A DNA stretch of 64,000 nt, from the NCBI GenBank assembly GCA_964106645.2, contig OZ067039.1. One strand, 5' to 3'. Source of the stretch: Podarcis pityusensis (lineage: Eukaryota). The notes beneath the pieces were generated by a model. The model was given only the letters and a program-made list of their open reading frames with translations, was not told the origin of the DNA and did not search any database. Below are positions 1 through 12,195 of this stretch, piece after piece. How positions within the stretch are numbered: position 1 is the first letter of the stretch; each line of letters starts with the position of its first letter. Position numbers and translations under genes: made by a program.

Positions 1-585
1 CTTTCCGAATGTAACCTAGGTAATCATGTTCAAGAAGCTCTCCAGACTCAAAATTCTGGTGTACGGTGGCTGCAGTGAAGTCTTATATAAATGTACCTTT
101 TCTCAGAAGATTATGTAATAGATGTGTTATGGCGCTCCATGATGCCATCATTCTTTTCCCTGAGAGAATGAATTTTTGAGTGTTATTGCACTCTGGAGAG
201 GGATTGGGCATAATCCCTGAACCTCACTGTTGCAGCTGACCCTCATCCATTCTTCTACTGCATTAATCTCTTTCTATATGAAAACACTTGAGCAGGAGGA
301 AAGTCTTGCCAGATTAACACAAACCTCCCTATTCAAGGAGAGGAAGTTTTCTGAAACAACAAAAGCACGAGAGCCTGTGCCAGTGCTATTCTGAGACAGG
401 AAAGTATTATTTCTGTTTAATAATAGAAAAATATATGTCTTCTTTTGAAGTGGCCTCTTCTGGTGCTTATTATTGCTGAGAGTCCTATTAGTCTATAGGA
501 GTAGAAAGACAGCCAGCTGCAACAGTGGAGAGCAGACAAGACACATGTGTTTGCCCAACTCTCGTATTTTAGCCCTAATCTTGTA

Positions 586-811
586 CAGTGGTACCTTGGG
601 TTACAAACGCTTCAGGTTACAGACTCCGGTAACCCAGAAATAGTACCTCCGGTTAAGAACTTTGCTTCAGGATGAGAACAGAAATCGGGCAGTGGCGGCG
701 CGGCAGTAGCGGGAGGCCCCATTAGCTAAAGTGGTGCTTCAGGTTAAGAACAGTTTCAGGTTAAGAACAGACCTCCAGACAGAATTAAGTTCTTAACCCG
801 AGGTACCACTG
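586..811. mobile_element. Non-autonomous Tc1/mariner (Tigger/pogo-like) MITE
   Basis: TIRs CAGTGGTACCTTGGGTT / AACCCGAGGTACCACTG, TA on both sides, internal repeated GGTTAAGAAC. Confidence 0.9.
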
Positions 812-879
812 TACATCTAAGGGCCTTCCCAGACAATGGATACTTATGATGTGGATTCAATAGAGATATCGTTCTCCCT

Positions 880-1230
880 TGTCTAATGCCGTTATACAAA
901 TCTGTGTTGGAACTGCATATGAAATACTGTGTACAGTTCTGGTTGCCTCACCTAAAAAAAGATATTGAAGAGTTGGAAAAGGTCAAGCAAAGGGCAACCA
1001 AAATGATCATGGGGCTGGAACACAACTCCCCTATGGGGAAAGGTTGTAGCACTTGGGGTTTGCTAGTTTAGAGAAAAGGTGAATGAAAGGGGACACCATA
1101 GAAGTTTATAAAATTATACATGGCATGCATAATTTCCCTCTCACATAACACTACAACTTGTGGGCATCTATCTGATGAAGCTGAATGCTGGAAGATTCAG
1201 GACAGATGAAGGAAAGTATTTCTTAAACTG
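880..1230 (+). mobile_element. Degraded CR1 LINE ORF2 3' fragment
   Basis: ORF 886..1071 YCVQFWLPHLKKDIEELEKVKQRATKMI is typical of the CR1 RT C-terminus. Boundaries approximate. Confidence 0.85.
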
Positions 1231-1909
1231 TGGAATTGTTACCCTACAAAGAGGGTCTGAAAACACACTGGTCCTCTTTAGCCAAATAAAGACAGCAACG
1301 TTGTGGAAAGAGTTCGGATTTATTGCAGACTGCAGTAAGAATAATTGATCCAGAGGAATGCTCCAAATTCTGGACCCCGAATACAAAATTCGAGATGCTT
1401 TTATAGCATTCTCTTTGCATGGTTAGCTCGTGAACGATCCCTTTCAGCAACATGTTTGGATAATAGAATACGTGGACAGCTTGTGGACTCCGCATGTTCA
1501 CTTCTAATTGATTTACAAAAAAGTATGCTCTACTAGCTGTATCATGGCAACAGATAGTTCTGGACAAAGTTTCTGAATTCACTATTTTTCTGTCTCATGC
1601 AAAATGTTGCATTTTTGGTAGTTTGTTACATGAAGCGGTCAGTTTGGAGCTTCTAGTCTTTTCAAGGCCACTTCACCTTTCTGGTATGTGAAGCTGATAA
1701 GCGAGGCCCTGCTTGTTAGCAAAAAGACAGGTTGAGTTGCATGAAAAATCTCTGCTTAGCTAGGTATGTACTTTTATGCAGGACAATGGCACTGATACAT
1801 TGTGGTTGTGACTGAGAACATGTTTATGCAGGCTCAGCACTTAGCAGGCTGAGATCAATTTTGTATCAGAAGCATGTTCTGTGACAAAGAGGGCGAGAGT
1901 AGGTCAGTA

Positions 1910-2124
1910 CAGTGGTACTTCGGGTTAAGTACTTAATTCGTTCCGGAGGTCCGTTCTTAACCTGAAACTGTTCTTAACCTGAAGCACCACTTTAGTTAAT
2001 GGGGCCTCCAGCTGCCGGAGCACAATTTCTGTTCTCATCCTGAAGCAAAATTCTTAACCTGAGGTAATATTTCTGGGTTAGCGGAGTCTGTAACCTGAAG
2101 TGTATGTAACCCGAGGTACCACTG
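1910..2124. mobile_element. Same MITE family as 586-811, opposite orientation
   Basis: TA|CAGTGGTACTTCGGGTT ... AACCCGAGGTACCACTG|TA; interior is the reverse complement of 586-811. Confidence 0.9.
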
Positions 2125-2439
2125 TATAGGGGTACTCTGTACTTCACTTTCCAGCTAGCCTGAAGGGGCTTGGCAGATCTCCTGCGTTTCTAATAGGCAC
2201 AACCTCTCCTTGGTGTCCTGCTAGCTGCTGATAGCGGATTGTAAGCTATTGTTCAGTAGAAACTGATTCAAAGCAGAAATATTAGACCTGTGAAAGCAAT
2301 GTATGAGAGCAATGTATGCTCAGAAATGCCTGCCTGCTGTGTTGACCCCAGTGGATCATGACATTTACCTGAGTCCCAGGTAATGACACTCAGGTATCAG
2401 AACTTGCTCCCGCGGGAGACACTGATGGCCGCTAACATA

Positions 2440-2655
2440 AAAGAGGTTTAGACAAATTTATGGAGGGGTGTGTGTCAATAGCTGCTAGCCAAATTGGTCA
2501 TTTTCCCACCTTCACTGTTAGAGGCAGAATACCTCTGAATGTCAGTTGCTGGGGAGTGTGCTTTTGCCCCATAGGCAACTGGGTTGGCCACTGTGAGAAC
2601 AGGATGCTGGGCTAGATTGCCTTTGGCCTGATCCAGCAGGATTTTCTTATGTTCA
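2440..2655 (+). mobile_element. Old CR1-type 3' end fragment; similar fragments near 16400-16650 (+), 27535-27730 (-), 30355-30445 (-), 31330-31420 (-), 40155-40320 (-)
   Basis: Recurrent motif ggccactgtgagaacaggatgctggactag...tggcctgatccagcagg...cttatgttc seen several times in the window. Confidence 0.65.
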
Positions 2656-2938
2656 GGTTTCTCTTAAAACAAGAGCAAGCATTAGTAGCTTTAAAATTCA
2701 TCACTGTGCTGTGCACTTTTTAAAAAAAAAATCACAGTTCTTGGAACAATTAGATAATTGTATTCATAAGGGTTTTGGTTGCATTGGATAGATTGCTAAG
2801 AAATCCAGGTCCCAGGCTGGTTTATGTTTCTTATTTTTTGCCCTTCATTTGTGCATGTGTGTGTTCTGTGTTAATCCATGGGAATGAGGAAGGAGGGAAG
2901 TGTCTGCCACACTTGGAAAACAGCTGCAAGATATGTGT

Positions 2939-2970
2939 TGTGTGTGTGTGTGTGTGTGCGCGCGCGCGCG

Positions 2971-3004
<34 letters not shown>
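2939..3004. repeat. Compound microsatellite (TG)10(CG)7TA(CA)15
   Basis: Read directly. Confidence 0.97.
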
Positions 3005-3006
<2 letters not shown>

Positions 3007-5589
3007 GCTAGTCCACTGCTCTTCAGTAATAACCCTCCAAACTCTGAGACTGGATGCCATATGCACAGCAGGAGAAAGGGGCCTTGCCAGGCTGCTGGCA
3101 GCTGCTATCTAAGAAGTTTTGCTGGGAATGACTGGAATCAGTCCCTAGCATATTAAGAAGGGTTACACTTGTCTTCCTGGCTCCTGTTCCTGCCAGTGGG
3201 AACTGAAATTTTCAGAGAGGGGGATAGGCTGCTTGTTTGTAGGGCGTGACTGGCTAATTTGCTTAATTTCACGTTAAAGGTAATGCCCAAATGAACAGGG
3301 CTTTTAGTGTCTTCTGTGCAGAGGACATTTATTCTCTAGCTGTGCTTAAGTGTCTGGTGGGTGCCTTAGTAGGCTGTTTGTATTATTTTGCATTTGTTTT
3401 ATTCTATGGATTTGGGGAAGTAGTACATAAGCCTAGGTGTGTTTGTATAATGTGATCTTTCTGCCTGAAGTGATTTGTTTATTTTGATTGGGTGTTTGAT
3501 GCTTCTTGCTCTCAAAAATATAGCCAATTTAAGTATATTTGCTCTTTGCCATACACACACTGCGTTTTATCATGCTGCTACAAATGTTTCACATGGCCTC
3601 TTTCTGATGGTTAACGCCTTCCACCCCTGTCATCTCAGTTTTAGTTTTTTCTGTTTAGTGCTGAGCTTCTCAATTCCAGCCCTCTGTATTCTGACATGGG
3701 GAGGTTCCATGTGGTGTAGGGCTGCAACTGATGACCAGCTTTACAAGTTACAGTAGGAGGGGCTAGTGACTAGGGATGATGGGAGGGCACCTGGTTGGTG
3801 AAAGCTGGTGCAGAGGCAATCTCTTATGATAAATAACAAGCAAAGCCATTTTGAGCCTTTGGGAGCGAGGCAGAACTAAATAATATACAAAAACGCACAA
3901 GACCATGTTATAAACCACTTGAAATGAATATTCTGGCAATGCAATTCATTTCAGTACTATAAAGTTCTCCTGAGACAGAAAGGCAGTGGCCATGACGGCA
4001 AAGGACAGACTGTTCTGCCCAGTGAGCTTCCAGCTATACCACATCTGGAAATAAGAACAATTGCCATGCATTTAAATTTGCTGATGTCCACCCCCAGGGC
4101 CTTCTAACAAAATACCATACAACAGTGTTGTAAAAATAGGGGAAGCATGCCCAAATGCTCTCCCTGGAGGACAGAAGTCAGGCAGAAAGTGTAATGCAGG
4201 AGTCCAGCGCCTGTCTGTAGGTAATGAAATGGGTAGGGAATGCCAGATTTCGAACATGACCCCAAAGCCAAGGGCACAGCTATGGGTGAGAGGATGAGAG
4301 GGATCTATCCTCCCCCAAGCCACGTGATTCTCAGCATGTATGGAGTGCCATTTCTTTGTGAGGAGCACTCCCTCGTCTGTATAGAGGCTCTTTGCGCATC
4401 ATCCTGAGAGTGTTGCATGGTGTTCTCTGTAACTTTTCCATTTCTGACTTCTTTTAAAGCACCTGGAACCTAAGATCTAAAGGGCTGCAATCAGGAGAAG
4501 TGTAATGGTGGGAAGAGACAGATGTGTTTTAATACTGGCCTCATTGGCCATTCTCCCTCTCAGAATTAACTCTCTTCCAGCTGCTTTTCTCCCAGGAAGG
4601 AAAAAGAAATGAGTCCCCATCTGCTTAGGGGTGCAACAGTCCCATGACCACTGGGATGAGGCTTACTGATGTTGTTATATTCTTCCACACAAGGGAATAG
4701 TCCTCCTCCTCAGTTGATATGGTGAAGTCTAATGATGTTATGGCTGCTGACTGACTGACTGTTCCACTTGGTTCTATTGTTTCCTTTCCCACGTTTCCTT
4801 CTGTACATTTGTAAATTGCCCAGTTCCTGTAGCTCAGGTGGTGCCACAGAAGTAAAATACACCACATTACAACTGTAGCTACCCCATTTTTGCATGAGGG
4901 AGCTGTTGACTCATTTTAAGACTGAGGAAGCGGGCAGCTTTTCACTTCAAGCAATCTGTGCCACATTTACTTCTTTTCTTCCTTGACGTCAACACGCACT
5001 TTACTTTATTTATAACCCCTTAAGAGTCCTCTCTCATCATCCCATCTCTGGGAATTGTTGTTTTCGCTGCTTTTGCTTCTCCTTCACACGTCGCTTGTTT
5101 GTGTTCCCCCTCCCCACTTGCAATCCCATTCTGTTGACAGGATACTTGTTGTGATCCCCAACTGGGTTATAAATGGTTTTCTGTGTCTCTGGTCTCTCAC
5201 AGGATCAGGTGACTTCGGCCCTGTCAGAGCCCAGCCAGATTCTCTTGAGAAATAATTACAGAGCCTAATGCAAATAAGCAAAGAGTCAACTGGAAATAAA
5301 TGACACAGCTAAAGAAAACAAAAGGGATGTGGGGTGGGGTGGGGGGGATGTTGGGCTTTTAAAATAAACTCTATCAAAGCAAAGGAGAGGCATTTTAAGG
5401 GAAGGATTTGGGAGGGGATTAAGGACTTCGAGAGCTAAGAAAATGTATGGGGCAGTAGAAAGAAGCTGCTAATGCTGGGGGTTCGGCCTTTTGCTGACTT
5501 AACTCACAAGATTGTTGTGAGCGTAAAACTGGGAGGGGGAGAACCACTTGGAGGTTTGGGGAGGAAAGGTGGAATATAAATGCAGTTGT

Positions 5590-6335
5590 CAGTATTAATA
5601 ATGACAAGATGAAGGTCTACCAGGCTTGCATGTTGAGCACACCGCTTTATGGAAGTGGGTTGTAGGCAACTTAACAACCATCAGGAATGATGGTCAATGG
5701 CTTCTGCAAGCACTGTGTCAGGAAGATTTTGGACATCACTTGGCAAGACAGTCTCAAATATGGATGTGCTCTACCAAGCCCATATTTCCAACATATTCAC
5801 ACTCAGGATCATGGGTTTGAGCTCCATGTTGGGCAAACGATTCCTATATTGCGGGGAGTTGGACTAGATAACCCTCCAGCTCTACAATTCTATAATTCCT
5901 GTCTCAACAATGTCTGCGCTGTCTTGGTCATGTCCACAGAATGGAAGATGGCAGAATCCCCAAGGACATGCTCTACAGGGAGCACCAGGCCTGTTGGCAG
6001 ACCAACTTTGCATTACAAAGATGTTTGCATATGGGACATGAAAGCTGGCAACATCAGCCCCGCCATGTGGGAATCCCTTGCGGTACCTGGTGACAGTCAG
6101 GTCGTGTATCCACAGCAGTGACTAGTGGAGGAATAAGTGCTAGAAGGAGTGCAGTCAAGAAACACCATGGCGCATCTGCAGCAGCACAACCAGACACCTT
6201 CATCTGCCCAAGCTGCAACAAAGCATTTCTCTCCTGTATTGACTTCTACAGCCACAGCAGGCACTGTAACTCTCCAACGGTTTGACTTCACGCCCTTAAG
6301 GTGCATTCCTTCACTGTCTCCCAAGATGCCAGCAA
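5590..6335 (+). mobile_element. Degraded RTE-clade LINE 3' portion, interrupted by a SINE
   Basis: Frameshifted remnants KMKVYQACMLST.LYGS, CVRKILDITWQD, LGHVHRMEDGRIPKDMLY, RPVGRPTLHYKDVC and a C-terminal Cys/His motif. Confidence 0.8.
5802..5898 (+). mobile_element. 5'-truncated tRNA-Lys/CR1-tail SINE nested in the RTE element
   Basis: Homologous to 15147-15290 (ggtcatgggttc...atgttggg...ggggttggac...ctctacaattctat). Confidence 0.7.
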
Positions 6336-9300
6336 ATATTAATATAATGTGTGAAGGAGATTTGCAGCATGCAACACACCTACCACTATCTAATCCACAA
6401 TAGCATGTTGTGGTTTTTTGGCAGGGGGGAATGATTATTTGGGTTTTAATAGTTGGGTTTGCAGAGACCCCCACTGAGTTGTGACCCATCCGCTTTTTCC
6501 TTTGCTGCTTTAATAGCCTGCTCTCCTGTTATATCCTAATCTTGGTTTGACAGACATGGAGAGGATGGGAGCAGTGTGTCTTACAAGTCTTGGCAGTGAA
6601 GCATGAAATAACTTCCCTTTTATTGGAAATTATAATGTGGAGACTATCAAACCCATTCCAGATGTGTGGCGAAGAGGGGCTGTTTACTGTGAGGAGACTA
6701 CACAACTGGGAGTTTAGGGAGAGGGGCCCACATACAGGCACGTTAGTGAGGGGGGAAATTCCAGTGGATTGGAGGTTGGGGAGGAGCAGAATGGCCCAGT
6801 CTTGCTTGCTGCCCTAGTTTGAACAATCATGTTCAGTAAAAACACAACCTATGCAGGAAGGCAGCCAAACCAAGAAGCAGGAGCAGCTGTTGCAGTTGTA
6901 GGCTCTGCCTTGGCATCTATGGAGACCAGTACAGGAGGGCTGTGTTCCAGCCAATCTATGGAATGACATCTCCATTTCTTCTTCCGCTCAGTTGAAAGTC
7001 CCATCTGACTGTGGGAAAGCAAGTGGTCGCCACTACAGATGGCGTTCACAGTTTCAGCTCCGCAAATGGCTTCCGTTCTGAGCCCACTATCTGCATGCCT
7101 TCACATTACGATGGGGATTACAGCCAGGGCGAAACACCCAAAGTGTTTGTTTTATTGTTTACAGCTGCAGCTAAGCGGAGAAGGGTCTAGTATCTGGCAT
7201 GCTTTATAGGAACTCCCTCTCTGTGTAAAGCAGGGTTTTTAGCTAGCGCATGGCCTTCAGTTGAAGCGGCTATAGAATTCAGCCCCAGCAGAAGTTGCTG
7301 GCCCATAAACTTTAATGGCTAAGCCTCAAATTTAGACATCTGATGTAATAGTGGAGGCTCTCAGATATTAAACCCACGAGGATGCATGCACAGGTGCATT
7401 TGTTGACAGACACTTTGATCAAACGCATGAGAGGTGTGTGGAAATGATTAGTGGGCTGTAGTAAGAATGGTAGGTACTCTTTGCATGCTTTGCATGGTGC
7501 CAAACATTATAATCGTTAGGGCCAGTGTGGTTTACTAGTAGACAGAATGTTCAGCCTGGACCCAGATATTGGGCTATTTAAACTTGAGTTTAAATCATAT
7601 GCTGGTCATGGACTAGTGAAAGAGGATTATATTGAAGAGGTTTTCAAGTGTTGGATGTGCTAAGGACTGTAATGCTCCCTATCTACTACAAGCATCGTAG
7701 AAATATTTGCTAATCATCATCTAATCTCTTTTAAATCCATTTGTGTCAATAAATAGCCTCTTCCTTTCTCTGGAGTAAATGATCAATGTCCCTGCTTTCC
7801 GATATATGTGACATTTTTCCTTCTCATGGCATCATGTCACATTACAAGTGCCCATTGAATGGTTGTTGAAAGGCTTCTTGATAATGAACCATTTCAAACC
7901 ACACTGCAAGTCACCTTGGGTCATTTATGCATTTTATCTCCCTTGTTCCTCCCCCAAATGCCCAGAGGTTCCCTTTTGGCCTTACATTTTTCACCAGTGG
8001 GGTGCAAATCACTCCTGAAATGTTGCTTGTGAATGATGAGCCACCTTGGTCATTAACTCTTCATACTCTGGGCAAACATCCTCTGGAGGTTGGCTTTAGA
8101 TTTGATTAGTTGCTGCTTTGCCTTTGCTGAAATTTCTTGCAGACTGGACAAGGAGGTGTGCAGAATTACTAAGAGCTGAGCCAAGATGATGAGGGAGAAA
8201 TTAACTCATCCACAAATGATTCTGGAATGTGGGGAATATAGTCAGGTCAGGATTTATTGGTGGGTTGTTGTTGTTTTTTTTAAATTCCTGGCCATCCAGC
8301 ATATAATTGTTCAGCAGCATCTCCCACACGCTATTCCCATTCCCTCCCTTTCTCTGCTGCTCTGATTTATATTTCTGCTTTGTTCAGAAGCCTTGCAGTA
8401 AAAGGGCATTTTTTTAAAAATTTGCTGAGAAATATTAGTCTTAGAAGATGGATAGAGATAGCAAAGAACAGCTACTTACTAAATTAGAGAAAGCAGCTGT
8501 GTACGCAAAACAGGTGTGCCCTAGCAAATGCAGACTAATGAAAAGTATTTTGTTGTGTCTGGGAAATCCAGTGGACACAGAAAATTTGGCAGCGTGAACA
8601 AGAAATGCCTAATATCATAGGTAACATTCTAACACTATTTCATGCACAGATCCTGCCCGTCAGTGCTAATTTGACCTGTCAGAGGTATTCATGTATCTGG
8701 TTTTGCTTCATGTGAAGTTAGAAATATAGGCTGCTGCTACTTCTTATAGCTTCAGCCTAGCTAGAACTATGAAGGAACAGTGGGTGGAAGTCTCGGGAGC
8801 AAATTGGAATGCAGAATCACCAAGGATCCTTTCTGAATTGACATGTATGTTAACATCTGGGGAATGATTCAAAATCACAACCACCTGACGCCACCCTTGG
8901 ATTTGGGAGTTTTGCTATCTTTACGGGTGAAAGATAGACTCCTGCACGTGTGCCAGGCAGCCAATCTCTCTGGGGATTTACCTTCCCAAGGTTCATATTT
9001 TATCATGTTGTACAGCGGAACAAATCAGTTACAGGAATGACACAGACCATCTGACCTGCTGGGGGCCCCTCCTGTCTGTGGAAGACCATGTGGCTTTCCG
9101 AACCTTCCTCCCACACACACTGGCCTCTTTCTGCTTGAGGGTGTGTCTATTCCTAACTTTAAAAAAACCCACCCCAAATAATTTCTTCCACTATTACAAC
9201 AGGCAAGAACATGAGGGAGTGCTAATGCAATGAGGTCACTATTGTTTTGTTATAGGTCAGATTTAGAAAACGCAGCGCTTAAACCACTAGCAATGAACCC

Positions 9301-10884
9301 AGGGAACAATTAATAATTTGGGTTGAATTCTCATTCAAGTTTTATTACCTCTCCAGTTTGGTTCTAGTACACACAAATTTTCATTTAATTGTTTTTTTAA
9401 AATAGTATATTTAACAAGGAAAGAAAAAAATCAGTGAGGAAAAAAGAAACAAAAAACATAATCTGCTTACATTAAAAATACAATAACTGCCAATACATTA
9501 TCTTAATTTAAACATGTAAATCAATATATGCCATCCAAATGTCCAAATAGGTTTCTACATGAAGTTGAGATGAGATGCAGCTTTACTTAAATTATCAATC
9601 ACACGGATGCCCAGAGAGTGCCTAATCACTCTGTCTGAGACAAATTTGCTGGGATTGCTGTTGGCTGTGGAATTTTATTCCGTATCATTGTCGTTTTTAT
9701 GTTCTGAGACACTTCAACCTCAAGCTCCATCTTGATTTCTGTTTGCCTGTTTATACTTTCAGCTGAAGTTGTTGCTTGTTGGTGACAAATGTAGCTTGTT
9801 GCTTGTGGAGGCAGCTCTGAGGTCACAGCCTGAGACAGCAGATTTTTTTCATGAAATTTCATGTCCTGGCCCTGCATTAAACAGCACCTACATATGAAAC
9901 CATAGTAGTAAACAGTGTGATCCTATGCATGCATATACTCAGAAGTAAGTCACGCTTTGTTCAATGGGATTTACTCCTGGGTGTAAATTGGCAGCCTAAT
10001 TTGGCAACTGCATTATTTCACTTTGTACTACATTTGCAAGGACTTTACCTTTGCTATTTTAACTACTATTTTTCCATCAAGAGAATCCATTTTTGTAAGC
10101 TCAACAGATGAACTTTGCTTGGCCAGATCTTGCCTGCGTTGTTGGTGCTATGTTTAGGCAGACTGAAGTTGTCGCTTCTGACAATTGTTGTTGGGTGTAA
10201 TGAAAGGAAAGCAGTTTGTTAGTTAACTTTCACTGTGGTTTATTTGTTGCTAGTCATGAAAGGTGCTTGTGATATGTCTTGACCTGGATGAGTGGGTGGG
10301 ATTCATTTGCTGCTCTGCAATAGGCAACAAAATGACTTGGTCTAGTTTTGACCCTCCCTGCACATATCCCAGGTGAATGAAGAAGGAAGTGGTGATTGCA
10401 AGTCTTTGTACGCCCACCCACAACTTCACTGGATGGGTGTGGATGCACCCTTTCATCGCTGGGACTGCCTTTGTCTCTTTTCATCTGTTTTCAAATTGAT
10501 TCTGCATCTATCTACAATGAGCTTTAATTTTTGGAATGAAACCAGTTTCTTGAGAAGTGTTTTTCAGGGCCAAAAAATGTGCAGTTGTTCCAGAATGTGT
10601 GCGGATTTTGTAGAAAAAGCAAGCACTCGGGCTCCATTGATTCCAGAATAAAATGTCATGTGTACACAACCTGTATGTCTGTGATCTTAAGTTCTGCAAG
10701 TTCCCTAAACTGCCAGTATCAAAATATGTGTTTCCCAGAAACTCAATACATACATTATGGCATTGAGATAGCAAAAATCCTAGCATATAGGAGCTGCAGA
10801 AACAGTGTTCTATAAGCAATTGTTTCAGCATGTTATTTAAACTGGGCAATTGGTCTCTACATTTCCTCTTTCCACAAGACCCCA

Positions 10885-10933
10885 AGTAGTAGTAGTAGTA
10901 GTAGTAATAATAATAATAATAATAATAATAATA
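10885..10933. repeat. (AGT)7(AAT)9 microsatellite at the 3' end of the Rex1/Babar element
   Basis: Read directly. Confidence 0.92.
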
Positions 10934-12195
10934 CAGTTATTGTCATTGTACAACCTGTGCACAATGAAATTAAACAAGCCTCCCACCCCAAACACTCAGT
11001 CTCGTTGCACTCTGTGTGCTTATTGAACAACACACCACCTCACAAGTCAATTTTGCTGTGTTATTTTCTGTTCAACAGCATAACAGCCCATGGATAGAAA
11101 CTATTCTTTAGTCTGTTGGTACGGCTGACCATACTTCTATATCTCCTCCCCGAGGGTAGAAGATTAAAGTGGTGATGGGGTGTGAGTCATCCCTAATAAT
11201 CTTTCTCGCTCTCCTAAGGCAACAATCCCTTGTGATGTCATCCATCGGACTCAAGGGACAGCCAATGATATCATGTGCTGTATTTACCACTCTCTGTAGA
11301 AACTTTCTGTCCGTGGCTGTCAAGCCAGCATACCACTCTGTAATACAATATGAAAGGACACTTTGTATTGTGGACCGGTAAAAGGAGTTCATCAATTGTT
11401 GTTTAACATTATTCTTTCGCAAGACCCTGAGGAAATGGGGTCTCTGTTGGGCCTTTCTGACCACCTGAGTTGTGTTGATTTTCCAAGTGAGGTCCTCACT
11501 AAGGTGAACTCCCAGGAATTTAAAGGAGGAGACTGTCTCCACACAGCCCCCCCATATACAATGGGGCAAGTTCCCCTCTCTTCCTCCAGAAGTCCAACAC
11601 CATCTTCTTTGTCTTACTAATAGTTAGGTGCAAGTTATTCTCTGAGCACCATGTAGATACTTTTTGAACCTCTCCCCTGTATGCTGTTTCATCTCCGCCT
11701 GCAATTAGGCCCATTATGGTAGTATCATCTGCAAACGTAATAATTACTGTGGATGGATCAGATACAATGAGTACAGGTAGGGACTTAGCACACATCCCTG
11801 TGGGGTGCCAGTGCTAAGCTTCAGGGAGGTAGATCTAACAGTCCCAATTCTCACTGTGTCCGATCCCTCAAAAAGTCTTTAATCCAGTCACAAATGGTAG
11901 AAGGAAGGTCTACCACTTTGATAAACTGATGTTTATCAAAGTCCGGTGGGAAGCTTGACCTAAGATGTTGAAGAACCAATCTCTCAAAGCATTTCATCAC
12001 TACAGATGTCAATGCAATAGTTCTGCAGTCATTTAGGCAGTTAGTTGCTGTTTTCTTGGAGACTGGGACAATGGTAGCTGCTTTCAAGCATGATGGAACA
12101 CAAGCCGTTTGCAGAGAGATGTTAAAAATCCTTTTCAGAACCCCTGCTAGTTGATCGGCACAGTTTTTTTACTACAATCCCCAGCACCCCATCTC
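10934..12195 (-). mobile_element. Rex1/Babar-clade LINE, 5'-truncated, internally deleted RT remnant
   Basis: ORFs 11851..12087 ([15 protein letters not shown]), 11520..11795 (FADDTT, KTKKMVLDF) and 11108..11569 (FKFLGVHLSEDLTW, KAQQR.HFLR, FYRSTIQSVLSYCIT.W). Confidence 0.88.

Noticed and set aside
2775-3156. ORFs with CV/HT repeats (also 39741-40240)
   Set aside because: Translations of microsatellites.
4984-4991. Palindromic CRE (TGACGTCA) followed by a TATA-like tttataa
   Set aside because: A single 8-mer is expected by chance in 64 kb; no other promoter evidence.
5055-5255. Hydrophobic ORF MLFSLLLLLLH as SEMA3G signal-peptide exon 1
   Set aside because: Starts at TTG, lacks the PRLRLS-type motif and has no suitable phase-1 donor.
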